DNA of 62,265 bases from Bacillales bacterium UBA1737 (GTDB taxonomy: Bacteria > Bacillota_I > Bacilli_A > ML615J-28 > CAG-313). Positions 1-8,799 of the stretch are shown here, one piece after another. The number at the start of each line of letters is the position of its first letter. The stretch's first letter is position 1. Under the pieces are notes generated by a model. The model saw nothing but the letters and a program-made list of their open reading frames with translations, ran no database searches and was not told where the DNA came from. The translations under genes were made by a program, and so were the position numbers. Where the stretch lies: positions 1-62,265 of the forward strand of contig DCIB01000024.1 of NCBI GenBank assembly GCA_002315915.1, written 5' to 3'.

Positions 1-33
1 CCAACTTTAGGGGTACCCTTCAAAACACCTCTT

Positions 34-696
34 TTACTTTATATATTTGATTAATAAATCATATAAATTATCTGCGATAACCTTTTGATAATCAACATTT
101 GGATGATTTAATCTATTAATAAGAAGTTTAGTAACATCAACTCCACTTCTACATAATTTATCCCATATTTTATATACATCACATATATCTATATGTTTTA
201 TTTTACATAAAAATAGTATAGATAATCTAAATATATTATACCTACCACTTTTTTGAGCTTGAACTAAAGATTTAGCCATATTAATTAATACTTCATCTTT
301 TAATTCATTTGATATATAAGTACACATATAATTTTCTGTTAAAAATATAGGTTTTATATTATTCTTTTTTAATATATTAAATATTTTATTCATGTTAAAT
401 ACATATCTAAATAATGTCATATGTAGACAATCATTTATTCCAAATGATACTACACATATATATGGATTATAATTTATAACATCTTTCTCTATTCTTTTTA
501 ACCCATGTATACAAGTATTACCACTATATCCAGAATTAATAACTTCGATATCTTTAAAGTTTTCTTTGAATTTATCATTTAAAAATTTAGAATACGCTAA
601 ATCCTTATTTTTATTAGTTAATATTTTTCCTTCTTTATTAGTATAACATTCAAAACATCCTTCAGTTATACTATCTCCAAAACATACAATTTTCAT
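34..696 (-). CDS. SGNH/GDSL-family hydrolase (esterase/lipase-like)
   Basis: 220-aa ORF with SGNH block motifs: FGDSITEG near the N-terminus, GYSGNT, and FGINDC. Confidence 0.75.
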   Translation of the reverse strand: MKIVCFGDSITEGCFECYTNKEGKILTNKNKDLAYSKFLNDKFKENFKDIEVINSGYSGNTCIHGLKRIEKDVINYNPYICVVSFGINDCLHMTLFRYVFNMNKIFNILKKNNIKPIFLTENYMCTYISNELKDEVLINMAKSLVQAQKSGRYNIFRLSILFLCKIKHIDICDVYKIWDKLCRSGVDVTKLLINRLNHPNVDYQKVIADNLYDLLIKYIK

Positions 697-697
697 A

Positions 698-1564
698 TTA
701 TTTAATTAATAAATCTTTAAACTTATTCATTTTAATAAGTTGATCTTTCCAAAATATAACAGCATCATTTAAATTACATCCATCTGGAATTCTAGTTTCT
801 GCTATTAAATCATTTTTATAATTGATATTTTTTAATCCTTTAGCACAATCTAAATAATCAATAACTCCACTAAAAGGCACTAAATGATTATCATGTATTC
901 CATCATTATCATGTATATGTAAACAATATACATCTTTATTTAATGATTCTAATAATATTCTAGGTGATAAATCCATATGTTTAAACATTTCAGCATGTCC
1001 AATATCTACGCATGCTTTTAAATAATGGCTGTTTACTCCTTTTACAATATTATTAAATGAATCAGGTAAAGAACATGCACAAGGTCTTGCTTTTTGGATA
1101 TTTTTATTCCATCTCCACATATTTTCAGTACATATTATTACATCATTTTCTACAGCATAAGGTAATAATTTATTAAAAAATTTAATATTTTGATCATCTG
1201 TATAATCATTCCAAGGGTGTATAACTAAATTCTTAATACCTAAAGCATTACATATTTTAATACACTTAACTAATTTATCAAACATTCTTTTATTATAAGA
1301 ATAATTTCTCGGTTGATATACTGGGAATGGTGCATGTGCTTGTACTAATGGTAAATTTATAGAATCAGCATATTCTTTTATTAATTTAGCTTTTTCTAAG
1401 TATTTGTCTCCATAAAATTCACTATATAATTTTCTATTATTATAGCTTTTCATTAAAGTAATATCACAACATTCATATCCCAAATCTTTAATTAACTTTA
1501 AAGACTTTTTTAAATCATGTAAAAAGTATGTAACATACTCAGTCATCATTCCAATTCTTAACAT
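698..1564 (-). CDS. Sugar phosphate isomerase/epimerase (xylose isomerase-like TIM barrel)
   Basis: 288-aa ORF. The spaced His/Asp/Glu pattern (QAHAPF, VIHPW, CVDIGHAE, HIHDNDG) is typical of the AP-endonuclease-2/xylose-isomerase-like TIM family. It overlaps the upstream GH36-like gene by 7 nt, which suggests an operon. Confidence 0.6.
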   Translation of the reverse strand: MLRIGMMTEYVTYFLHDLKKSLKLIKDLGYECCDITLMKSYNNRKLYSEFYGDKYLEKAKLIKEYADSINLPLVQAHAPFPVYQPRNYSYNKRMFDKLVKCIKICNALGIKNLVIHPWNDYTDDQNIKFFNKLLPYAVENDVIICTENMWRWNKNIQKARPCACSLPDSFNNIVKGVNSHYLKACVDIGHAEMFKHMDLSPRILLESLNKDVYCLHIHDNDGIHDNHLVPFSGVIDYLDCAKGLKNINYKNDLIAETRIPDGCNLNDAVIFWKDQLIKMNKFKDLLIK

Positions 1565-3279
1565 ATTTTATCCTTATCTAATATATAATGACCATTAAAA
1601 TCATAGTTATCAATATTTTTTGTTGTAATACATATGATATTCGCCGAGTGTGGTTTAATACTAGATACTTTAATAGAATCATTTTTAAATACCTTATTAA
1701 TAGTTTTACCATAATAATCTATTATAGTATAGTTATTACGATTATGTAAATATCCTTTTTCTATTATATAATTAACATCAATAATATTTTCAATAACTTT
1801 GTTATCATCAAAATTAAATCTTATAAAATATATAGATTCTTTATTATCTTTATTAAATAAATATATTTTATCTGGATATCTATTAATACTTAATAAATTA
1901 TCTATTTCAATCTCTATATTATTTATTGGTATTATTTTATATAAATTATCTATTCGATCTTTATCAATACTATCTAATTTTTCAGTAGTAGATATTATTC
2001 CACATCCTAATAATTGATTAATAACACAAGATTTTACCTCTTCATCATTTAATAAACCTAAACTAAGGCGAGTATTTCTATCAATTTTATTATTTCTTCT
2101 TATTATTAACGCATCCGGATCATTACACCACCAATAAGACATATAATATCTCAATATGTTTTGTTTTATAGTATACGGGATAGTTTTACCACCAATATTA
2201 ATATTTGAACTCCACATCGATAATACATCACTAGATGTTCTTTGCGCATCAACTATTCCAATTAATGAATCATATAATCCACCACACATTAAAAAGAAAG
2301 CTTTATCAGTCATACCTTTTCTAATATGTTTTATACAATTCACATAATTTTCAACAGGTGTTGAATATTTATCATAATAATTAGCATCTTCACAAACTAA
2401 AAATGCTCTAGTAAAATCTAACTTATGATAATAAAATCCATCATTTATAGTTAAATCATGATACATCTTTTCGAAATAATCCCATGTATCTTTTATTGAT
2501 ATATCAATAATATAATAATCTTTATTATTAACATTAAAAATACAAGGTTTATTTTTATTATTATATAGAATCCATTCTGGATGATTAATAATAATTGATG
2601 AATCTTTTTCCGCAATAAATGGGCTAGTCCAAATACCAGGTATTAAATTATATGATTTAATTAAATCAGCTAAGTCTTTTTTAGTAATATTAAACTTATT
2701 ATTAGTATTCCATGATCCTATTAAATCTTCCCATCCATCATCAATTTGAAATACATTAAATGGTAATTTTAATTCTTTTATTTTATTTAAATTATCAATA
2801 GCATCTTGTAAAGTAATACTTTGACCATAATAATACCAAGTAGAATAAACTGAATAATGTTTTTTTATAATATTATTTGTTTTAATTTTAGATAAAGAAA
2901 ACTCTTTAATAGATTTATTAGTATTATATGAAATATATAATAAAACATCTTCTGTTACAAATTCTTCATTAGGTTTTAATAATTTATTAATTTCCGCATA
3001 TATTTCTAATCTTTTAAATAATCCTTTATTATCTATATAAATATATACTTTAATTAAGTGTTTTTTACCACCCATAAAAGTAAAAAATAAAGCTTTATCA
3101 TTGTTACCAATAATAGTTAACGAATCACTTATAATTACATTACCTTTTTTAATAGTACTAGACATCCCATTTTCAGATATTTTAGTTAAAGCATCTTTCA
3201 TCGAATCATCAAAACATCCAAATTTGCATACAGTTGGTAAATCATTTTTTTTGTCTACCTGATCTAAATAATGATGCAT
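1558..3279 (-). CDS. GH36-like alpha-galactosidase family glycoside hydrolase, possibly N-terminally truncated by a frameshift
   Basis: 573-aa ORF with FQIDDGWE, IPGIWTSPF, HPEW and YHKLDF motifs resembling the GH36/clan-D catalytic core. There is no RBS before the annotated ATG. See the finding on the A8 tract. Confidence 0.6.
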   Translation of the reverse strand: MHHYLDQVDKKNDLPTVCKFGCFDDSMKDALTKISENGMSSTIKKGNVIISDSLTIIGNNDKALFFTFMGGKKHLIKVYIYIDNKGLFKRLEIYAEINKLLKPNEEFVTEDVLLYISYNTNKSIKEFSLSKIKTNNIIKKHYSVYSTWYYYGQSITLQDAIDNLNKIKELKLPFNVFQIDDGWEDLIGSWNTNNKFNITKKDLADLIKSYNLIPGIWTSPFIAEKDSSIIINHPEWILYNNKNKPCIFNVNNKDYYIIDISIKDTWDYFEKMYHDLTINDGFYYHKLDFTRAFLVCEDANYYDKYSTPVENYVNCIKHIRKGMTDKAFFLMCGGLYDSLIGIVDAQRTSSDVLSMWSSNINIGGKTIPYTIKQNILRYYMSYWWCNDPDALIIRRNNKIDRNTRLSLGLLNDEEVKSCVINQLLGCGIISTTEKLDSIDKDRIDNLYKIIPINNIEIEIDNLLSINRYPDKIYLFNKDNKESIYFIRFNFDDNKVIENIIDVNYIIEKGYLHNRNNYTIIDYYGKTINKVFKNDSIKVSSIKPHSANIICITTKNIDNYDFNGHYILDKDKIC

Positions 3280-3512
3280 TATTTAGATCAATATCAAATT
3301 CAGATAAATTATTTGATTCATATAAAAGAACATCACCAATATATTGGTCAAACAAATTATTATTTAAAATTTTTTTATTAATTGTTTTCATATAATTTAC
3401 TTCTACTTATATATTATATTATATTAAAATTATTATTAACTTAAATGATATATAAATATTATTTAATCACTTAAAATTATGCACAATATTGCAAATATGC
3501 ACGTTTTCTAAT

Positions 3513-3540
3513 AAAAAAGCATTGTAAATATGCTTTTTTT
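3513..3540 (-). terminator. Second hairpin of a tandem terminator pair downstream of the symporter gene
   Basis: aaaaaagcat/atgctttttt stem with a 7-nt loop, flanked by an A-run and a T-run. It looks bidirectional. Confidence 0.55.
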
Positions 3541-3562
3541 AAAATCATTAATTAATGTATTA

Positions 3563-3600
3563 CGCAAAAAGACCATCATTTATAATAAATGATGATCTTT
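3563..3600 (-). terminator. Rho-independent terminator of the sodium/glutamate symporter-like gene
   Basis: 13-bp stem (3568-3580 / 3588-3600). Its single mismatch is C-A on the plus strand but becomes a G-U pair in the minus-strand RNA. The stem is followed by TTTTT on the minus strand. Confidence 0.75.
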
Positions 3601-3647
3601 TTTTATTATCAATTAGTAGTTTTTATACTTATAATATTAAACTAAAT

Positions 3648-5123
3648 TTAATTAGTTATTTTCTTTTTGTTTTTAAAATATATTGTAAGAATTAATCCAA
3701 TTAAGAATACAGCAAATAAAGCAAGTGATACTAAAAATAAAGTAAGTGTTGATTTAGTAATAAAGAATTGGAATATAACAAGTACTAATACTTGAACTAC
3801 ACTCATTATTGCAAACCCTTTAGAAAAGTTATTTAATGCTTTAGTTTCATAGTTTGGATCACAAATCTTAAGTAACATAAGACCAGTCATCATTACACCA
3901 GTACATGTTCCCCATGTAATAATAGCATGTTCAAATGCTTCATCATCTTTACATAATTTTTTAACAAAATAGAATATAAAGATATAAGTAACAATAAATC
4001 CTAATATAGATGCAATAATAATTGGAACAATATATACAGATAATGCTTTTAAAGGCATTGCTGAAATAGCACATACTATTGCAAAATCAGTTAAGAATCC
4101 AGATATTCTTGCAACTATTTTTCTATCAATTAACCATTCTAAATGAAGTTTTTGTAATATTTTGTTAATTAAAAACATATATAACATAGCTAAACTCCAT
4201 ACTGGAATTTGACCAAGAATAGCTCCAACTTTTGGAATAAGTTTTAATAAAGCTATAGTTCCATATGCTAATACACAATCTGCAAGTATTATTGCAAATA
4301 CTAGTGATATAGTTTCAATAGTATAATTCTTAGTTGATTCCATACCAAGAGGAGCTTGTGTATTAATATCTTTAACTAAACCTGTTAATTGTAATTCATC
4401 TAGTTTAACTGGTTCTTTCATTATCTTTGTTTTATTTTTACGTGCAGCTATATTAATAAATACAATACCAGCAATCATACCACCAACAAGGCCAAATGTT
4501 GCAAATAATGTACCAACACCTTGAGATGTAGTAGTTAAACTTTCGCCTAAGTATTTACCAAATAATGTAGGAATAGATCCAACAGTACCATGTCCTCCAA
4601 CGAATCCAATAGCAAGTTCAAATCCAAATACATTATATAGATTGGCATTCTTATCAAGTAATGATGTTAATAAGTTAACACCTAAACCAGTAACAATTTG
4701 AAGTAAAAGCATTGCTACAAGTAAAAAGAATAATCCTGTTGATACACCATTACCTTTTTCTTTAGTAATATCACTATCTGGTTTTCTCTTAAATAAACCA
4801 AGTGGTGTAGATGCGAATATAGGAATAATAAATATACCTGGTATTGCATCCATAATCTTATATATATTTTCTACTAATGAAGCTTCTTCAGTCTGTGAAA
4901 CCCATAAATCCTTTATTCCAGGAATTAGTCCCAATACCTCAGGTCCAAGTAATAACCCAATGAAGCCTCCAATAACTGACGCAGGAAGGAATAATTTCTG
5001 GAAAACTTTTACCTTACTTCTTAAAAGTAAACCAAGTAAAAGAAATGCTCCAGCAACACCAAGTGAAAGTAATATATACTTTAATGTGTTACTATTAGCA
5101 ATAAAAACATTTGCTAAAACCAT
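3648..5123 (-). CDS. Sodium/glutamate symporter (GltS/ESS) family transporter
   Basis: 491-aa polytopic membrane protein. The N-terminal LLLGLLLRSKVKVFQKLFLPASVIGGFIGL resembles the GltS N-terminus. A strong AGGAGGA RBS lies upstream. Confidence 0.55.
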   Translation of the reverse strand: MVLANVFIANSNTLKYILLSLGVAGAFLLLGLLLRSKVKVFQKLFLPASVIGGFIGLLLGPEVLGLIPGIKDLWVSQTEEASLVENIYKIMDAIPGIFIIPIFASTPLGLFKRKPDSDITKEKGNGVSTGLFFLLVAMLLLQIVTGLGVNLLTSLLDKNANLYNVFGFELAIGFVGGHGTVGSIPTLFGKYLGESLTTTSQGVGTLFATFGLVGGMIAGIVFINIAARKNKTKIMKEPVKLDELQLTGLVKDINTQAPLGMESTKNYTIETISLVFAIILADCVLAYGTIALLKLIPKVGAILGQIPVWSLAMLYMFLINKILQKLHLEWLIDRKIVARISGFLTDFAIVCAISAMPLKALSVYIVPIIIASILGFIVTYIFIFYFVKKLCKDDEAFEHAIITWGTCTGVMMTGLMLLKICDPNYETKALNNFSKGFAIMSVVQVLVLVIFQFFITKSTLTLFLVSLALFAVFLIGLILTIYFKNKKKITN

Positions 5124-5195
5124 TTTTTATCCTCCTTCTGTTTTAGATATTTAATTATAAAACATTTATAATAATATGTAAAAAAAATAACTTAA

Positions 5196-6110
5196 TTATT
5201 TTAAATACATTGCAAAGCCTTTTCCTAATTCAATCATAGATAAAGAATCATAATGTGCTAAATCAGGATTATCAAAAGGTTCATTGCTTGTTGTTAAACC
5301 TATGGAAATAGTATCTACTAAATAATTTAGATTAGAACTTTCTTCCACTTGTTTTTTATGCGAATTAATTCTTTCATAATAAACCCAATAATTACTATTA
5401 TTTAAGATATATGCATCAACAAATTTTATTGAATTAGAATATTTTTTTAAATCAGCTCTATAATATTTAATCAAACTTATTTCATCTTGATAATAATTAG
5501 ATTCATTACTAAATGAATCACTTTCACCTTGCATCCAACATATTCCTAAAATATTTATGGAATATCCTTTGCTAATAAGATAATCAAGTGATTTTTTAGT
5601 GTAACTAATAGATGAATAATATAAAGAACCTCTATAATGATATCCTTTTAACCATTGATTCCTAAGAGCTGTTGCACTATAAGTATATTTAATTATAAAT
5701 ACATTATCAAAATCATCTGATAATTCTTCAGCTATTCCTATTTCTGGTCCAAAACAATTAGGATATCCTTGTCCTAATTTTACATTTACAAATCCATTTG
5801 AAGTATTTAGAAAATTATCACAATTATAATTAATATAAACATTATCATAACCAATTAATGCTTTATTATATAATTCATTATTAGTAACTTTTAAACATTC
5901 ATTATATGAAATCCCTGTAGTGTTACTTTGACCATATAATATTACAACATTTGCAGTTTTATTAGAAACATTATCTAAATTGTCATCAATTGTAAAATTT
6001 GTATGTATATCTAATTTTTTTGAATCATCTTTAGAATAATAATCATTGCAATTACAACTATTTAAAAATATTATTAAAAAAATAAATAAGAAATATATTA
6101 CTTTTTTCAT
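5196..6110 (-). CDS. Lipoprotein, SASA-type carbohydrate (sialate O-acetyl) esterase family
   Basis: Signal peptide plus lipobox (FLNSC). GQSNTTG, WMQGESD and a C-terminal DLAHYD motif match the SASA/DUF303 esterase pattern. Confidence 0.65.
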   Translation of the reverse strand: MKKVIYFLFIFLIIFLNSCNCNDYYSKDDSKKLDIHTNFTIDDNLDNVSNKTANVVILYGQSNTTGISYNECLKVTNNELYNKALIGYDNVYINYNCDNFLNTSNGFVNVKLGQGYPNCFGPEIGIAEELSDDFDNVFIIKYTYSATALRNQWLKGYHYRGSLYYSSISYTKKSLDYLISKGYSINILGICWMQGESDSFSNESNYYQDEISLIKYYRADLKKYSNSIKFVDAYILNNSNYWVYYERINSHKKQVEESSNLNYLVDTISIGLTTSNEPFDNPDLAHYDSLSMIELGKGFAMYLK

Positions 6111-6143
6111 ATAAAATACCTTTTATTAAATTATACATTATTT

Positions 6144-6179
6144 TAAAAAATAAAACTTGTAGATTATTCTACAAGTTTT
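6144..6179 (-). terminator. Rho-independent terminator
   Basis: aaaacttgtag/ctacaagtttt stem overlapping the stop codon, followed by a T-run on the minus strand. Confidence 0.7.
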
Positions 6180-7368
6180 AATAATTATAATATATGTGAG
6201 TTAATGATATATCTGTATTATTTGATATATTTAAAACAGTTCCACCATTTAATCCATCATCATAATAACAACCAATTCCTGTTTTTAATGAATATGCAAA
6301 CATAACTCCGCGATATTTAATACAGAAATTATTAGTATGATCATGACCAACAAGTATTGAATCTAAAGATGATACTTCATTTAATTTATCAAATACATTA
6401 TCATTAATAGGTGGGCAACATATACCTTCATGACATACTCCAAATGAATCTTTATATCCATCTTTCCAATATGCATCAGTATAGCTTAAAGATACATCTA
6501 AGTCATTTGAAATATTTAGAGTTGATGCAGCTTTATATGCATAATAATATTCAGATATAGGCATATGTTGAATAATTGTACTTTTTACAATACTAGAATC
6601 TTTAGAATATCTATTAGCAGATGCTACTCCCCATTTAAAGAAATCTATTTGTTCATCAGATAGCTTTGCATAACTACTATAATTAATACGTTCTTTACCC
6701 GTAACATCAAATATTTCATTATCTCCACTATTTATCATATATAAACTTCTTACAATACTGACATCTAATCCATCTTTTTCTACTACGTTAATTATATAAG
6801 TTCCATATCTAATATGACCATCAAAACATGTGCCAATATTTGATGGTCCATATTTAGTAATACAATTTCTATATGTATTTAATAAATCAATTTGATTTGG
6901 TATTGATAAATAATCACATTGATTATCATGATTACCAAATGCAACAGCCCATGGTATATTATAACTATCAATAATACTACCAATACAAGTAAGTGGTGCT
7001 ATTGCGCTATATCCTAAGTCTCCAGATATTGTTATTAAATCTGGTTCCGCTTCTTTAATACAATAATCAATTGTACTTTTAGCTATCTCATATACATTAT
7101 TTCCTTTAACAGTTTCAGAAGTAGTAAGCTGAATATCTGTAAAATTTAGTACTTTAAAATCTTTATCCTTATTTTTTTCTAAACATACTACATAATCATA
7201 ATTAGTACATTTAACTTCATTATCAACAACAGTTAAATTATATAGTTCATCAAAAGAAAAATCTTTTGATGAAGGTTCATGATACAAAATACTTACTAAA
7301 GTAACAATTATTAATGTTACTAAAGATAATATTGATAATACTATAATTCCTTTTTTATCCATTTTCAT
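6178..7368 (-). CDS. Membrane-anchored calcineurin-like metallophosphoesterase
   Basis: Motifs ISGDLGY, AFGNHD and GHDHTNN, with an N-terminal TM helix. I moved the start to the ATG at 7368 (MKMDKK), which has a GAGG RBS. The track start at 7416 would leave only 30 nt before the divergent gene. Confidence 0.65.
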   Translation of the reverse strand: MKMDKKGIIVLSILSLVTLIIVTLVSILYHEPSSKDFSFDELYNLTVVDNEVKCTNYDYVVCLEKNKDKDFKVLNFTDIQLTTSETVKGNNVYEIAKSTIDYCIKEAEPDLITISGDLGYSAIAPLTCIGSIIDSYNIPWAVAFGNHDNQCDYLSIPNQIDLLNTYRNCITKYGPSNIGTCFDGHIRYGTYIINVVEKDGLDVSIVRSLYMINSGDNEIFDVTGKERINYSSYAKLSDEQIDFFKWGVASANRYSKDSSIVKSTIIQHMPISEYYYAYKAASTLNISNDLDVSLSYTDAYWKDGYKDSFGVCHEGICCPPINDNVFDKLNEVSSLDSILVGHDHTNNFCIKYRGVMFAYSLKTGIGCYYDDGLNGGTVLNISNNTDISLTHIYYNY

Positions 7369-7446
7369 ATATATAACCTCTAATAATATGATATACTTTA
7401 AATAATGATTTATCACTCAATTAAATAATTTCTATAGGAGAATAAT

Positions 7447-8613
7447 ATGAAATATAATTTTAACGAAACAATTGACAGAAAGAATAATAAATATAGTTTT
7501 TCTATAAAATGGCAAAATAATGATAATTTATTTACATATGATAAAGAATTTGATGATCAAATATGTTTCCAACTTGCTGATATGGACTTTAAAACTGCAC
7601 CTGAAATAATAGAAGATCTAAAAAATTGCGCATCATATGGGGTATTTGGTTATAGTTCACCTAATAAATTATATTATGATACAGTTGTTAAATGGCATAA
7701 TGATGAATATCACATAAATTGTACCAATGATGATTGTTATGTATGTGGTACTGGTACTCATCAAGTAATTAAAGAAATATTCACAAGATGTACAAAAGTT
7801 GGTGATGGAATAATTGTATTAACTCCAAGTTATAATTATCATTGGGATATTGATCCATTAAAAAGACATTTTGTGGGTGTTGAAATGATTAATAATAATG
7901 GATATTATTCTATTGATTTTGATAAATTTGAAGAAGCTTGTAAAGATAAAAATAATACATTATTCATATTATGTAATCCACATAACCCTACAGGACGTAT
8001 ATTTAATAAGGAAGAATTATTAAAAATATCAAAAATATGTCTAGATAATAATGTATTAGTAGTATCTGATGAAGTTCATTCAGATTTAATTAGATTTAAT
8101 AATGAATTCTATTCAGCAGGAAGTATTATGGATAAATCTAATTTAATATTATGTACAGCAGTTAATAAAACATTTAATCTAGCAGGACTTGCTATGACAA
8201 ACTTCTTTATCTTTAATGATAAATTAAAAGAATTATTCAAAGATTATAGATGTCTTCCAACTCCTTTTGGATTAACAGCTGTAATATCTGCATATACTAA
8301 AGGGAAGCCTTGGTTAAACGAATTAAACTTATATTTAGATGATTTAGTAAAGACATCTGTTGATTTTATAAATAATAATTTTAAAAATGTCCATTGTTTT
8401 CTTCCTGAAGCATCATATATATTATGGGTAGATTTTAGTAAAACAGGTAAAACTAAAGAAGAATTACAAGATATTATATATAACAAATGTCATATATTAG
8501 ATCAAGCTGGAGATAATTTTGATTCTAATGCAATGTTTAGAAGGTTTTGTTTAACTTCTCCTAAAAATGTTGTAATGGATGGATTAAAAAGACTTGAAAA
8601 ATATTTTAAATAA
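7447..8613 (+). CDS. PatB/MalY-type PLP-dependent C-S lyase (class I/II aminotransferase fold)
   Basis: 388-aa ORF. The N-terminal FNETIDRKNNKYSFSIKW and the CNPHNPTGR and SDEVHSD motifs are typical of MalY/PatB cystathionine beta-lyases. Confidence 0.75.
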   Translation: MKYNFNETIDRKNNKYSFSIKWQNNDNLFTYDKEFDDQICFQLADMDFKTAPEIIEDLKNCASYGVFGYSSPNKLYYDTVVKWHNDEYHINCTNDDCYVCGTGTHQVIKEIFTRCTKVGDGIIVLTPSYNYHWDIDPLKRHFVGVEMINNNGYYSIDFDKFEEACKDKNNTLFILCNPHNPTGRIFNKEELLKISKICLDNNVLVVSDEVHSDLIRFNNEFYSAGSIMDKSNLILCTAVNKTFNLAGLAMTNFFIFNDKLKELFKDYRCLPTPFGLTAVISAYTKGKPWLNELNLYLDDLVKTSVDFINNNFKNVHCFLPEASYILWVDFSKTGKTKEELQDIIYNKCHILDQAGDNFDSNAMFRRFCLTSPKNVVMDGLKRLEKYFK

Positions 8614-8637
8614 CTCAATTTTTTGAGTTATTTTTTT
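8611..8637 (+). terminator. Rho-independent terminator
   Basis: taactcaa/ttgagtta stem, tttt loop, then T7. Confidence 0.75.
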
Positions 8638-8670
8638 ATTATAAAAAATAAAGAATGCCTTTTTTTACTA

Positions 8671-8679
8671 TGATATAAT
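8671..8679 (+). promoter_or_regulatory. Extended -10 promoter element (TGATATAAT) for the tup operon leader
   Basis: Exact TGnTATAAT match about 120 nt upstream of the tupA start. No clear -35 element. Confidence 0.5.
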
Positions 8680-8685
8680 AAAAAT

Positions 8686-8799
8686 AGATAATAAATCTAT
8701 TGGAATTCGAGCTCATTATCCTAAAAAGAAATTCATGGATATGATGCCGGGGCATAAATAGAAATGTTTATACCTTCCATTGTGAAAAGGAGGAAAATT
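8686..8799 (+). promoter_or_regulatory. Candidate Moco/Tuco (molybdenum/tungsten cofactor) riboswitch in the tupA leader
   Basis: This is the only GC-containing structured intergenic stretch in the window. UUCGAGCUC, GAUGCCGGGGCAU and CCUUCC...GAAAAGGAGG recall the conserved CCGAGC, GCCxGGGC and AAAGGAG segments of the Moco RNA motif as I remember them. GGAA (8702-8705) can pair with UUCC (8775-8778) as a closing stem next to the RBS. The genomic context (tungstate transporter) fits. Confidence 0.45.

Noticed and set aside
1-33. A possible start of another minus-strand gene at the window edge (AAGAGG followed by TTG at 23..21).
   Set aside because: Only about 7 codons are visible and the RBS spacing is short (4 nt), so the product cannot be assessed. 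There is too little sequence to call.
1799-2347. Plus-strand ORFs 1799..2017 and 2156..2347. The same consideration applies to the other antisense or alternate-frame track ORFs at 4960..5154, 8244..8486, 15686..15919, 21099..21296, 25486..25689, 26780..27031, 27685..27891, 29179..29361, 39597..39794, 40243..40563, 45947..46174, 49531..49809, 51307..51567, 53985..54251, 54630..54902, 55497..55688 and 60561..60836.
   Set aside because: All lie entirely inside, or largely overlap, well-supported longer genes. They have low-complexity Ile/Leu/Asn/Lys/Ser-rich translations typical of shadow frames and lack ribosome-binding sites.
3479-3505. Repeated ATGCAC words and the CAATATTG palindrome upstream of the GH36-like operon as a possible operator.
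   Set aside because: The palindrome is only 8 bp in a very AT-rich spacer, which is expected by chance. No regulator gene is nearby to support it.
8702-8714. GAATTCGAGCTC (adjacent EcoRI and SacI sites) identical to the start of the pUC-type polylinker, raising the idea of vector contamination.
   Set aside because: The match stops after 12 nt and the next bases are not GGTACC. The flanks are native AT-rich sequence. The CGAGC core is what a Moco-type riboswitch would be expected to contain.
8764-8799. N-terminal extensions of track ORFs. Examples are tupA at 8764, aor at 18324 (GTG), the thiF-like gene at 20469 (GTG), moaC at 12111 (TTG), eno at 35118 (GTG), recG at 24428, mog at 16611, azlD at 40173 and the ECF-S gene at 46908.
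   Set aside because: In each case an internal ATG is preceded by a good Shine-Dalgarno at 4-8 nt and gives a canonical N-terminus. The extension would overlap a riboswitch candidate, terminator hairpin or upstream gene.
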